This document shows positions 51,579 through 63,030 of a stretch of DNA of 64,000 bases, in pieces. The stretch is from Lama guanicoe (Eukaryota), in NCBI GenBank assembly GCA_013239625.1, contig MU054212.1, forward strand, positions 2,294,001-2,358,000. Reading direction: 5' to 3'. The first letter of the stretch is position 1. Each line of letters starts with the position of its first letter. The translations under genes and the position numbers were made by a program. The notes beneath the pieces were generated by a model. That model was not told the DNA's origin. It did no database searches and saw only the letters and a program-made list of their open reading frames with translations.

Positions 51579-51859
51579 ACAACCTACCATACTGAAGACA
51601 GCATTGACTGGAATTCAAACATATGCAGTGATAAATTTCTCGTTACACGATTCATTGTCACTCAGTCAATTATGAGACTTGGTACCTAGGGACTAGTCAA
51701 AACCAAGTGGAAAGAAAATTTTGAAATTTGAAGAAATTAAATCTACCATAATGTTTTTGTTGATATATAATCAGAATTGGGTTCTAATAAATCTTTTTTC
51801 TCTGAGTCAGTCACACATTTCATTATCTAAATCACTTACTAAACTTTATAATTCATAAT

Positions 51860-53101
51860 ATCAGTCCTTATTTTCTTAACCTCAGCAGCTTTAGTGTTTA
51901 CTTTACAAACCACTGAATTTCTCCTTTTTTCTGAGATCAAATTCCTGCCTCTGCCCCATCCCACTTTCTCTCCTTCCCCTCTGCCCTCTACTGTAGCCTC
52001 TTTTTTCTCCATCTGTTCCTTCTCTTCTTACATTTTATATACCTTGGGGAATATGATTGGCTCTCCTAGCTTCAACTGCCATCTAGCTATAGCTGACTCT
52101 TAAATCTTCACCTCCTGTCCAGAACTCACTTTCTTCCTGAGCTCCAAACCTTTGTAACTGACTGCTACTAGAGTTCTTTACTTAAATGTCTCCCAAGAAC
52201 CCCTAAGAATTGAATACCATTCAGTATATTCAAATCTGTATTCAACATCTCAACAATGCCCCCAGTCTACTCCTTCAGGGTTCCTTGTCTCCATAAATGG
52301 CACCACCATTAAACCAGGAACCCACGGCTCTTCCTTGACCCCTTACTCTTTTACTCTGAATATTCATTTGGTCATCGAGTCCTGTCAGTTCTATCTCCTA
52401 AATGTTCCTTTCTTTCCATCCTCACCATGACCAATCTCAACTAAATCTGCACCATCTCCCAGTCCCTTAACCAGTCCCTCTTCCTCCAGACATGCCACTC
52501 TCTCATCCCTTTTGATACAGCAGCAAGAGTGATTTCCAACAGTGCAAATCTGATCAGTTTGCTTTTCTGCTTCAAACTGTTCCCTGGCTCTTAAATGCAA
52601 TTCCAAAAACATGACTTACATGTCCCCCCACCGTGTGGCCCTGCCACACTCCTCTCATTCCTTTTCCCTTCTGGACTTTGTACCGGCGTTCCCAACACAG
52701 TCAAGCTCTCACTTTGCCTCTGAACTTTAACACACTCTATTGGCACAGCCTGGTCATTTTCTGCCTCATCTGACTTATTCCTATTCATCCTACTCCTACT
52801 GACTCAAATATCATTTCCTCAAGGAGCCATTGTCTGATCCTGAAACTATATTAGGTTTCTTCCTACGTGCTCCTGTAACACGCTTTCTTTGTGTTAGGTT
52901 GAAACACATGAAACAGCCTTGCTGTCAGTTGGTAACAGTGAAATACAAGAATTCATGCAGTTGAAGATAATACTTGTATCTGCTAAACTGTAAATTCCCT
53001 GAGAGTAGGAACCTGTCCTATCTCATACACTGTCTTATACGGTTTCTGGCACAGGGTAAATGCTCAATAGATATTATTGAGTAAATGAATGAATGAATGA
53101 A
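51860..53101 (+). mobile_element. L2 LINE (about 1.2 kb of the 3' portion)
   Basis: 'gctgactcttaaatc', 'cctgagctccaaacc', 'aaatggcaccaccatt', 'agtcctgtcagttctatctcctaaat' and a terminal 'tgctcaatagatattattgagtaaatgaatgaatgaatga'. Confidence 0.9.
52894..52970. mobile_element. MADE2-like mariner MITE inserted in L2
   Basis: About 77 bp starting 'ttaggttgaaacacatgaaa' and ending in a degenerate inverted arm 'ttcatgcagttgaagataa' followed by TA. Confidence 0.45.
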
Positions 53102-54249
53102 CTACATTTTCTAGAAGTGGGTCAACGTTTTAATTGACCCAATTTGAAGCTATAACAATTTTCTTTTTAATACTGATAATTTTTTTTCATTGAACAAGTG
53201 CTTACCTACTCTATTTAGTTTGATCAAATATTGAATAAACATCTTCTGAGGTTTTAGCAGAGTGCAATTATGTGACCCGACAAGCAGCATCTTGGTCTAC
53301 AGAGCACAAACCCGAAATAATTTTATAAAGGTCATCACTCTTCATGAGAGCAAAGAATCCAGGGAAAACTGGACTCAGAAACTCTTATATATTCTAAAAT
53401 TGTTTAACCCCTACAGGAGGTCCTATAGTGACACGTTGAAAATGTGACTCCTGAGGTTTTAACTTGAAAAGGAACTTAAGAATGGGATACTTTCAGTAAG
53501 TATCATTCAAAAGGCCTATCACTCTGAATATTGGATAGCCTCTCAAAAGATGAATACGGGCATGCTAGCACTTTGCTAATTCCCATTAACTACGGCAATC
53601 CTTAGCGAATTGCTGCATTAATGAGGAAGTCATTGCCTATACAGTGTCTGCAAACAGAGGAGTGTATCTTTGCTTCAGTTCTTCTGACAAGTGTAGCTCT
53701 GCTTTAATTATTTATGATCATACACCACAGCGTAGGACTGCTCACGAATATTTTGTATGAGTAATGAAGTTTTAGTAATAAGAGCCATCACTCCATCTTG
53801 CTGCTATTAAAGCTTACAGTGGAGCAGGGTGAGAATTTAAGGTTTTTTGTGGATTAGTGAACTGGGAATTAACAGGATTCCCTAGGATAGAGTTCTAAAT
53901 AATACAATGAAAATAAATATCTACAAGTACAATTCTTATTTTTTTCAAGCTCTTTAACAGCCCTCAGAAGACTGTCGATGAACCACAAGGAAAATGATAA
54001 GAAATGAAGCGGCTAATGATAACAATAGTTATGATAATAATACCGTTTATATAACTCTTGACGGATATGTCTACACAAATATGTGAGATGGATGTTGAGA
54101 CAGTTTCTAAATAATTTAGAACAAACAGTTTACAAGTGTGGGCAGAGGGAGGCTGGAAAGGGGAGAGTTTGTTTGGTCAGAATCCTCCATCCTATATTGG
54201 TGAAATTTGCTGAATGATTTCTTGTACCTCTCTTTCAATTTTTCAACTC

Positions 54250-54400
54250 TGTTATTCAAACCCAGTTCTGCATACAACTTACAGTTGACTATGGCCAAAT
54301 CCTTTAATCTCTCTGAGAATAAATCTCTATGTTCAGCAGAGTAAGATCCAGTTTAGACCATTTGTGACATCTTTCCCAACCACAGTGCTTTTGGTTCTAC
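54250..54400 (+). mobile_element. MIR/MIR3 fragment
   Basis: 'ttcaaacccagttctgc...tgactatggccaaatcctttaatctctctgag' plus a CR1-type tail 'tagaccatttgtgacatctttcccaacc...ggttcta'. Confidence 0.45.
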
Positions 54401-55411
54401 AACTTTCATGATCATAGACCCATTGTCACTTACTCTTTCAATAACAAGTTACGGAGTAACAATTTAGACAGCAGGTCCTACAATAAAGACCAAGGTGTCT
54501 AAAGACAATAGTAAGCCATGTACCACATAGCCCGTCTTCACTTCCAGTCTTCTACCTCCTCGTCTCGCACACAAACACCACTCCTGTTTGTTTCATTTGT
54601 CACTGGTGCTCATCAAGATCACAGAGAAATATGAAAGGTTTTATAGGGTGTTTTCAGAAGCATGAGGTACAAGGTGTGCTCCTCCCTTCTTCTTCAGTCT
54701 TCACACAGAGCCCTATCAACTTTGACCATCACAGTCACAATATCCCTCTGGGTTTCTCACTGAGCAGCAGGCCTGAGGGCAGTCTCCTGTACTCACTCAG
54801 CTAAGTAAAGAATATCTAAGAGCAGAGGGGCCTCAGTTACCCAACAACTGGAGGAGAAAAGAATGTACCAGCCAAGGCTATGAGCACCCCACATCCACAA
54901 GCTATTCACTAACCTTGAGGAATGAAAGGTGAACCAAAGACTCCATAGGGTAATAAGATGGTGTAAAATGGCTACATTAAGTAATCTTCAGGAGCTAGTA
55001 AGAGTGGCCCTTTTGAGCTGCCCAAATAAAAGAACAAATAAACAATTCATCTTGGGCAATAAAACGAATGGAAAATACAGAGTAGGAAAAAAAACCACTG
55101 TAAATTACTAGATCTTGTGTTTTTCAGTTATATCGCAGCCTAGGCAACCAAACTCAGAGGGAAAAAATTAAGGAGAGAGGAAAGCTCTCTGCCTTAAGGA
55201 TACATGTTCAGTCCTTACACTACTCCCAAGCATAACCTTTCGATAAATAATTTCATATTAAAAACATGTTATCGTTTTCTTTTGCTGGGAAATCATATGT
55301 GAAAGTCCTTGCTCTTGTGTATAAGGGGTTTCAGGGCTTGAGTCAATACTTCAATCTTTGGCCTTCCCTATAACACCAATTATTCTCATTGATATTAATT
55401 TTTAAGTGGTT

Positions 55412-55720
55412 ATATTCAGTCATTCAGCAAATATTTATTGAATGCCCATTATGAGTCAGTCGCCATTCTCAAGCATGTGTATGCAGCAAGGACATAAGCA
55501 ACATGGTTCCTGATCTAATGGAGCTCATGGTCTATGGGGGAGACAGTTGATAAACAAGTAAACACAAAAAATAAATACATAGTAGCAATTTTTTTAAAAC
55601 CTGGGTTTTCTGAGAAGATATAATGGGGTTTGGGGTAGGGAGCATCTAATTAAGGGAAAGACTTCCCTGAGGAAGCGACAGTTGATCTGAGACCTAAGGG
55701 ATAAGGCGTTAGTAGGGGAC
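55412..55720 (-). mobile_element. L2 3' end
   Basis: 'cattcagcaaatatttattgaatgccca', 'catggttcctgatctaatggagctcatggtcta' and 'gggaaagacttccctgaggaagcgacagttgatctgagacctaagg'. Confidence 0.8.
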
Positions 55721-55979
55721 GCGTAATTAGGGCACATGCTAAGTATCAACCATGCTGGCACTGGAATGCGCTTGGCATATGGAGAGAAATACCTGTGTGT
55801 GCAAATGGAGGCTTACATTTTCAAAAAGCTGCTTTGTTTATAAAAATCAAATGAGTGCTTGCTGACTTTCAGGCAAAAATGTACAGATGAGGTAGGAATA
55901 ACTCACTGAATCTGAAGAGTCCAGTTGTCAAGGTCAAAAAATTCATCTCTGAGTAGTAAAACACCTGCCTTCCTCTAGG

Positions 55980-56360
55980 TATCTGTCTTATTTCATACTC
56001 AATTTAAAAATTATATCTAAAGATCTCCCAAAATTCTTTCTATAGCCTTTTTTAGTAGTCTATTCCAATGCTGAATTATCCTCAGTGCCAAAAATGCTTC
56101 TCTGTAGCACATTTATTAAGAGTTTTGTGTCTCCAATAAGACTGTGTGCGCGCGCACATGTGTGTATTTACATACTAAAATGTAATCACCACTCTTTGCA
56201 TAAAAATCTTCAGTTCGTTTGAAAGACTGTTAGCAAACTTTCCTTCTTTCTTCTCTAGGATATATTATTTTATACTTCATCATGAGTATAAAGAGTTGTT
56301 CTGGAGCATTCGCCCAGTTTCTGTACTAGTCTTTACTACTAGAAAATCAGCATTCAAAAG
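55980..56360 (-). mobile_element. CR1/L3 LINE fragment
   Basis: 'tctattccaatgctgaattatcctcagtgccaaaaatgcttc' and 'tttgaaagactgttagc...cttctctagg' resemble the antisense CR1 RT 3' end. Confidence 0.5.
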
Positions 56361-57379
56361 CAAATACATATACCACACACATATATACACATATACATAT
56401 ATATACACGTATATGACATAGGACCAAGAAATAAGACAATGAGATTATTAATAAAAAATAAGTTCACATTTTGACCTGTAAAATGGGCACAAACCAACTG
56501 CCATCTACAAGATATCCCTGTAGCAAAGCTATCTAGTGCTACAAAGCACTACTGTCTCTCTATTCACAACCTGGATCATTCCCAAGGCTGTTCTCTCTTT
56601 CCGTCTTCTTTCTTCCCCCTTTTCTGGCCTAAGTGTCACACTTGCATTACCAGTGTTACACATTTATATTACTAGCCTAGACTTTCCTCTCTTCTTGTGA
56701 ATTACCACCACATGCTCACAACATTAGCATTCTCCTCCTAGACTTATTCATTATCCCCTCAAAGTCTCTCATTTAAAACAACATTCTTTACCTGAAAAAC
56801 AGTAAATAGAGTGGAGGTGTTCCTGAAATACAGCATTGCTTTGATATAATTATATAATTATATCTATATTGTGTTGGTAATTTTTCTGTATTTATGTGCC
56901 TGTTCAATTTCCATCTTGTTTCTCCATTACCATATCCACGCAACGTGCTTATAAAAGCTGTCAAAACAACACAACATATAAACTCGGAACAGGTTCAATG
57001 AACTGTTTCAGCTGCTTTTTCTTCTCATTTCCTTCCACTCGCTTCAGGAATCCTCGGGCTTCGACAGTGGGAATTGCAAAACCCTCAGGGCAGGTCCCTT
57101 TGTGGCTCATTCTGCATCTTATTTAGTGCTGGTATCCAGAGGCTATAAGTAATTCCAAACAGGCTGGTGCAATAGCTCTGGTGACTTGCAACATCATTCA
57201 GATTTGTCGATATTCTCCCTAACTTCGCTGGAATAAGGGATCAGTCATCAAGGACTAACGTGGCAGGAAGAGCAGTTCAGCGACACCAAGGTTCAGCCCC
57301 AAGCGTCCCATGCGGATAACTTAGGATAACTTAATGAGACCAAATCTGGGGCTTGGTGAACTACTCATCCTCCTCCACT

Positions 57380-57520
57380 AGGAATAACAGAAAAGGCTTC
57401 AAGTGTAGTAAGGCGGATTCGACTTAGACGCAAAAATAAATCCTCTGAGAACATAGTAAACACTGGAATATGTTACCAAAGAAAAGAGAAGAATATATTT
57501 TCCCTAGTGGATGTTTGTTT
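57380..57520 (+). mobile_element. CR1/L3 LINE 3' fragment
   Basis: 'aggcggattcgacttagacgcaaaaataaatcctctgagaacatagtaaacactggaatatgttaccaaaga...ttccctagtggatgttt' resembles the CR1 3' consensus. Confidence 0.55.
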
Positions 57521-57639
57521 CTTTTTTTAAGTACATTTTCTCCAACATCTGGACCTGCTGACAGATGGTCCCACTCGAACCCAGGGAAACAGACCTGATG
57601 ACCTGTGATGTGTACCTGGCTTGTCAGGTCTCTCTGTAA

Positions 57640-58320
57640 ATGTCAAGTCCACAGAGAGGCCATTCCCTCCTACCTATCCTAATTAGATTTCCCCTCTTTG
57701 CCTTTCTCTTACTATGCTGTTATTTTCCTTTCCATCTCTTACAACAACTTGTAATTATATTTTATTTACTGGTTTTTTTCCTTTGGAGAGCCGGTTGTTA
57801 AACATTTGCCAGCACACCACTGCTCCTAATTGTTCTTCCTGCTTCTCCCGCTCCCCACCCACATCGCAGCCAAATCAGTCCTCTAAAAACTTGAATTGGG
57901 TCAAGCCATTCCTCTGCTCAAAAACCTCCAGTGGCTTTCCGCTTCACACAGTTTAAAAAAATAAAATAAAAATCTTACCATAAGTCAAAACCCCCCATGT
58001 GATCTGCCAAGCCCCAACCTCTCCTATATTTTTCTGATCTCGTCTTCTGACCCCGTGGCTCAAAGGGCTTCAGCCACACTGTCTCCTGCTGCTCCTCAAA
58101 CACACCGAGTAAGCTCCCGCCTCAGGGTCAGTGCATTCGCTTCTCCCTGCCTGGAAAACTCTCCTCCAGAGAGATGCCTGGCTCCCTTCTTCACTGCATT
58201 CATATCGTTCCCTTGCCTACCTATCCCCAGATCAGAGTGATCTTCTCTGACTACTCTGTGAAAAATCACACCCAGCCCCTCTCCACTCCCTTTTACCTGC
58301 TTTATATTTTTCTACAGCAG
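57640..58320 (+). mobile_element. L2 3' fragments (two pieces)
   Basis: 'cctctgctcaaaacctccagtggcttt', 'cttcagccacactgtctcctgctgctcctcaaacacacc' and 'ctcccgcctcagggtcagtgca...ctgcctggaaaactctcctccaga'. Confidence 0.85.
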
Positions 58321-58332
58321 GTTTATGTATTA

Positions 58333-58805
58333 TGTATTGATTAGCGTTTGGGGGTTTGCTTCTCAGATCCACTGCCCACCTCTCCCCAAATCTGCAAACT
58401 ACACTTGCATAAGTCCTACTGCCAGTGGGAGGCACTTGCTGGAACTCGGAGGGAAGAAATGAGAGAGAGGCCAGGATACTAGCCCCTCTGTCTCTCCCTG
58501 CTTTCAGGTGGCATTGACAGCAGTGACTCAGCCTCCCCAGGGCTCCAGCCATCACCCAGATAACTTCTCCCACATTCTCCCATGAGCATCTTTGCTCCTG
58601 GGCTCTGGGAGCGCGACTTCTTCCTGTTACTCCCGCAGTCCTAGAGATGATGGCAGCTAATCTTGGAGGTGAAGCCCCATAGCCTCTAAGATTTTTTAAT
58701 GCTTTCAAATATTTGAAACTTACTTTTTCTATTACATTACATTTCTATTACATTTTTGAAACACCTGGAGTGGGCTCTGTTTCCCTAATTAGACTTTATG
58801 GTACA
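58333..58805 (+). mobile_element. Solo ERVL LTR (LTR33-like)
   Basis: TG...CA ends, 'ctgcaaactacac...ctgccagtgggaggcacttgctggaa' and a 3' end 'tgaaacacctggagtgggctctgtttccct...ggtaca'. Confidence 0.75.
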
Positions 58806-58889
58806 CACATCTATGTCCTCCACGAAGGAGGCTGGTAACCAGTCACTCCTCTCCACCAGGAAGGCTCTTGTTCCCACTTCTTATGTGGC

Positions 58890-59165
58890 TTGTTAAGTTC
58901 CCCTTAAATGTCACGTCCTTAGAGAGACCTTTCCTTCCCATCGATTCTAATTATATCTTTGTCCTTATCTTCTTGTTTTCATTTCCATTTCTTACAACAG
59001 CTTGTAGCTATACATTTATTTATTGTTTATTTGTGTAAATGCATCGCTCTAGCACTCCACTAGACACAATAAGGATCCCATTTCTCTAGTCAGGACTCTT
59101 TCCCCGGCTCCAGTGTCGAGCCCATAGTAGATGGTCTCTAAATATTTTTTCCATTAAGTAACAGA
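58890..59165 (+). mobile_element. L2 3' end
   Basis: 'ttaaatgtcacgtccttagagagacctttcc' and 'cccatagtagatggtctctaaatatttt'. Confidence 0.7.
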
Positions 59166-59920
59166 CGAATTTAGACTAGACCCCTCATGGTAACCATCAT
59201 AACACTTTGGGCTTGGTAAGTACTCAGTAACCATTTGTAGAGCTGATTGGTATGTATGGCTCTCTCTGAAAAGCTCACCACTACAGCCAACAGATCAAGG
59301 TTTTCCATAAATCCTGAAAGATGTATCTCTCATGGCATATTCCATGCACACCATACATTTTTGCACAGTACCTTCAAAGAGCCTTCATTCCCGTAGCAAC
59401 ATGAAAGTAGATGAAGCAAGTATATCCATACGATCCAAGCATGTTCACATGCCTAGTGGCAAAAATGAAGGGAAAGCCCCAGATGGAACTATGTGAGTAG
59501 CATTTACAACCAGTTTCTTCCTCTCAGGGTTTTGTTCCTGTTGTTTTGATATATGTGTGTTTTCTTCTTTCTTTTTTTGGGGGGGGTGGTAATTTCATGT
59601 TTTTTTCTCTAATCTAAAATGAACTCAGCTATTAAAGGGTAAAGGCGGATTTGTGTCTGTCATTTGGTCCTTTCAGACAGTTACCGGATTTGGGACGTGT
59701 TAGAGATTTTCCAGAAGGGCTTAAATTGGTCTTTGCAATGCTCTGTTCTCCGTTCCTGTTTCTAAAGTAAAGAGAAAGCCTCAAACGAACACAGGGAAGT
59801 CTATCATGCATCACTTTTTTTAACTTTCCAATTTCTATTTGCTCCTTTATTCTCCATACTTCTCTGTCCTCTCTTTTGTTTAAAATCTCATTTAGCATTC
59901 TCTTGAGGGGAGAACATGAG

Positions 59921-59986
59921 ATTACAATCTAACGATTGTAATGAGAATGGGTTAAGTTGGTGCTGTTTCCCATTTTCATTACAATC
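59921..59986. other. Three-arm inverted repeat: an 18-bp stem plus an overlapping 9-bp alternative stem
   Basis: gattgtaatgagaatggg (59934-59951) pairs with cccattttcattacaatc (59969-59986), with 17 Watson-Crick pairs and one G:T. attacaatc (59921-59929) also pairs with gattgtaat (59934-59942). Confidence 0.9.
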
Positions 59987-60453
59987 TTGGTGGCAAGAAT
60001 AATGTAACAGAATTTTTAATGCCTCATATATTACGTGAACATTTTCCCGTGAGCTCCTGCTCCTTTTCGGCGGACAGCACAGTTGCTATGTGCTGTAGGA
60101 CTTTGATCTTTTTATATTCTGAATTATAATCAATTGGCCATTTCACCCCTTCCCCATAGATTAGAGTCAAACAAGTGAAAAATATTTTGATCTATAGCAT
60201 ACCACTGCATCTCATGACTATAAAACCCTATCACCTAAAGACCAGCACCAGCAAAATCCACAGAGCCAGTGATTTGAATTGTACAGAGGGTACAACCCAG
60301 GTGTCCTGATGGCTGGGAACGTCTCTGAAAGGCACTCTGGAAATTGGAGGTTTGTAATTTAGAGTGTTAATAGACAGAGTTGGTTAATGTAAATATCGGG
60401 AGTATTGGGGAATGGGACTTTGCACTCTCAGATGCTGAAAAATCTTACAGATC

Positions 60454-60616
60454 CATGTTACTCCAAGTGTGGTCCCCAGACCAGCAGCATGGCATCACCT
60501 GAGAGCACATACAAAGGCAGAATCTCAGGCCTCCGCCCAGGCTCCCTAAAGTGGAATCTGCATTCTAACAAGACCCTCGGGTGACTGGGATGCACTGCAG
60601 AGTTTGGGAAGTGCTG
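60454..60616. mobile_element. MER5A1-like hAT-Charlie MITE
   Basis: About 163 bp: 'ctccaagtgtggtccccagaccagcagcatggcatcacctgagagc...gcagaatctcaggcc...gaatctgcattctaacaagaccc...agtttgggaagtgctg'. Confidence 0.8.
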
Positions 60617-60884
60617 CTCTGGGATGTTTTAGAGGCTACACTCCGTGCACAAAGTCAGGAGTAGGCCCCTCCCCCCTGAGAAACCCCAGTGCTCACTGTG
60701 GGTGCCCAACCAATGGCAGTGCCCACAGGGTCACAGAGCCCTGTCACTTGGCTTCTTAGAATCTCCCCACTGATGTCACCTTCATCTAAGCTTTTTCCTG
60801 ACCCTTTGCCTTACTAGCCTTTCTAGGGTCTGTTTTCGAGGGAACTGAAACTGTTTAATAAACTAAATTCTCAGTGGCCTTTTG

Positions 60885-61005
60885 AGCAGAAATATCTGGG
60901 TCCAAATCTTCACTCTGTTGATATTGCTGTGGGAGAAAGTTATCTAGCTTCTCTGTGCCTCAGTTTCTTAGTTTATAAACTGGGGGTAATAATATTTACT
61001 GTATT
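60885..61005 (+). mobile_element. MIR SINE fragment
   Basis: 'ctgggtccaaatcttcactctg...aagttatctagcttctctgtgcctcagtttcttagtttataaactgggggtaataata'. Confidence 0.75.
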
Positions 61006-62270
61006 AGTTAGAGAGTACAAACAAACTACTAGAGCAGGCAGGAGAGGCTGCATCGCCTGGTAATGCAGGGGGCACCGAACAGCACTCATTTTCTGAGGGT
61101 ATTTGCTGCTGATTTCCACTATATTAGAGAAACAAAGTACTGGGACAAATCAGTGAGAGGGAAAAAAAGATTTATCAAGGTGGGTGGATCAGAAAAGGTT
61201 TAGGTCTCATAGCCACAGACTAAACCTCTAACTCCAGCCAGCACTTGACCCCAGGGGAACCATAAGAAACATGAATCACAGTGTAATTTTTCATTACTAC
61301 TGGAAAATGATTCCTACCACATCAAGAAATAAAATGTTTTCTACAAATAGGCATCCAAGCTACTGGTTATTTAACCTACTAATGCAGTACCACTCTTAGA
61401 AACAACCTAGGTACTTAAAACAAATTGCATACCTCAAACAAGAACATGGGTTGATCCAAATCTCCACTTCTAACAGGTCTTTAGATAAACCAGTTTGAGT
61501 TTTTGGCTCATTGATAGAAAAGTAAACACACATACAAAAAAAAACAAAATCAAAATTCAGGTCCAGTGAGGGATTCCTCAGGACTGAAGCAAGGTATTTC
61601 TACACCTTCACCATGTCTTGTCCAAATTTTGGAGGATCTCTCATATCCAAACCTATTTCTCCCTGCCTAGTATCACATTCCAAGGCCTTATCACAACACA
61701 CCAAAGTCACAGCCTCCAAGAGAGTCTCACCTGCTCCTAAGTCTGGGACAGAACCAATCCAGACCACAGCTCCACCTCCGGTCATTCTGACCTTGGACCT
61801 GGGCCACGTTCCTGGGCTTTCCCTGGGCCTCACTGTACAAGTCCACCACGTGCCCCAGTCCCAGCGTCGACATCAAAGACTTATCCACTGCCTGACTTTC
61901 TGCTCTAGCTCCCAGCCTGATGCCCCAGATTCCTCAGGACTGGGTCCTTGAATCCCCAGGTCCTTTCACAGATTTGCCTGATCACCAGCCTACGACTTCC
62001 TGCTGCTCAGTGACAGACTCCCTGGGCCACCTGCCGCCTGCATCTGCACCTACTGTCTACTGCCAGACAGCTCTCCTCCCTGCAGAGAGGGAAATAACAG
62101 ATGGAATACTCTTAACAGAGTGGTGTAAAGAGACAAAATGCCAGCTAAACTGCGATGGAAAGTGAGGGTTCAACTCCTTTACTAGGACAGGGAAGTTGCT
62201 AACGTTGGGAGCCAAGGAAATGGAGAGGCTGCCTTCACTCAGTCAAGGCAGCTGTTGTCATCATGGGTTT

Positions 62271-62525
62271 GGCATAGGCTGGTGGTCGAGAGCTTATGTT
62301 CTGGAGTCAGACCTGATGGACATCCCAGCCCACCACTCCCTAACACATAACAGAGGACAAGTATTTCACCCCCTCAGTCTTAGTCTCCCCATCAGGAGTA
62401 ACACCTCCCTCACAGAACTGCTATTGTCCTTGCTGACACTAAAAGAGATGCTACATTTAAAGTCTCTTACAACGGTTTCTTAAGCTTGATATACAGTAAA
62501 TACTCAATAAATATTAGTATATAAT
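62271..62525 (+). mobile_element. Near full-length MIR SINE
   Basis: tRNA-like head 'gtggtcgagagcttatgttctggagtcagacctg' and tail 'acagtaaatactcaataaatattag'. Confidence 0.8.
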
Positions 62526-62629
62526 TCCAGAGGAAAAGATACATGTAGGGTAGTTTTTTGGGGGGTGGGGAGAGAAATATTATGTATTTAGAATTTAGAA
62601 TTTAGACTTAAACAAAGATCGATATGTTC

Positions 62630-63030
62630 AGAAAATGTGGAAGGCATGCGAATCAATGAGGTGAAAACCAGAGCAGAAACCTGAGTCCAGAGCAGAAAGA
62701 AGGCTGGAATGGCAGCCCTGGGAGTGGAACCACTGACGAGAAGGTTGGGTGGAGACTGGAATCGACTCAGAAAGGCCGGAGAGAGAGGGAGAGGGACCCT
62801 GGCTGTGCTCCAGGGAATAAATGCGCCATAAAATGCCTCCGAGGCAACAGAGAAAGCAATCAGAGAAGAAGCAAAGGGGAATCAAAGAATATGGCGCATT
62901 TTATTGGAAGGGCAGTGAATGGAGGGAGGCACAACAAAGTGTTCAGAGCAACTCGGAGAGGGAGAACAGTTGGAAAGTCCACAGAGGAAGAGGTAAGAAA
63001 GCAGTCAGCTGTGACAGAGAGAAGAGGCAA
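62630..63030 (-). mobile_element. L2 internal fragment
   Basis: GA-rich 'gaaggcatgcgaatcaatgagg...gccctggg...cagagaagaagcaaaggggaatcaaagaat...ggagggaggcacaacaaagtgttcagagc' resembles antisense L2. Confidence 0.5.

Noticed and set aside
56843..56864. Perfect 22-bp palindrome GATATAATTATATAATTATATC
   Set aside because: Low-complexity AT repeat in which palindromes arise trivially.
58232..58708. 158-aa minus-strand ORF
   Set aside because: Lies across an LTR33-like LTR and an L2, has a non-ATG start, and shows no homology.
61064..61077. CTCF-like ATGCAGGGGGCACC
   Set aside because: Lacks the 5' CC of the core. Too weak to call without a PWM score or ChIP data.
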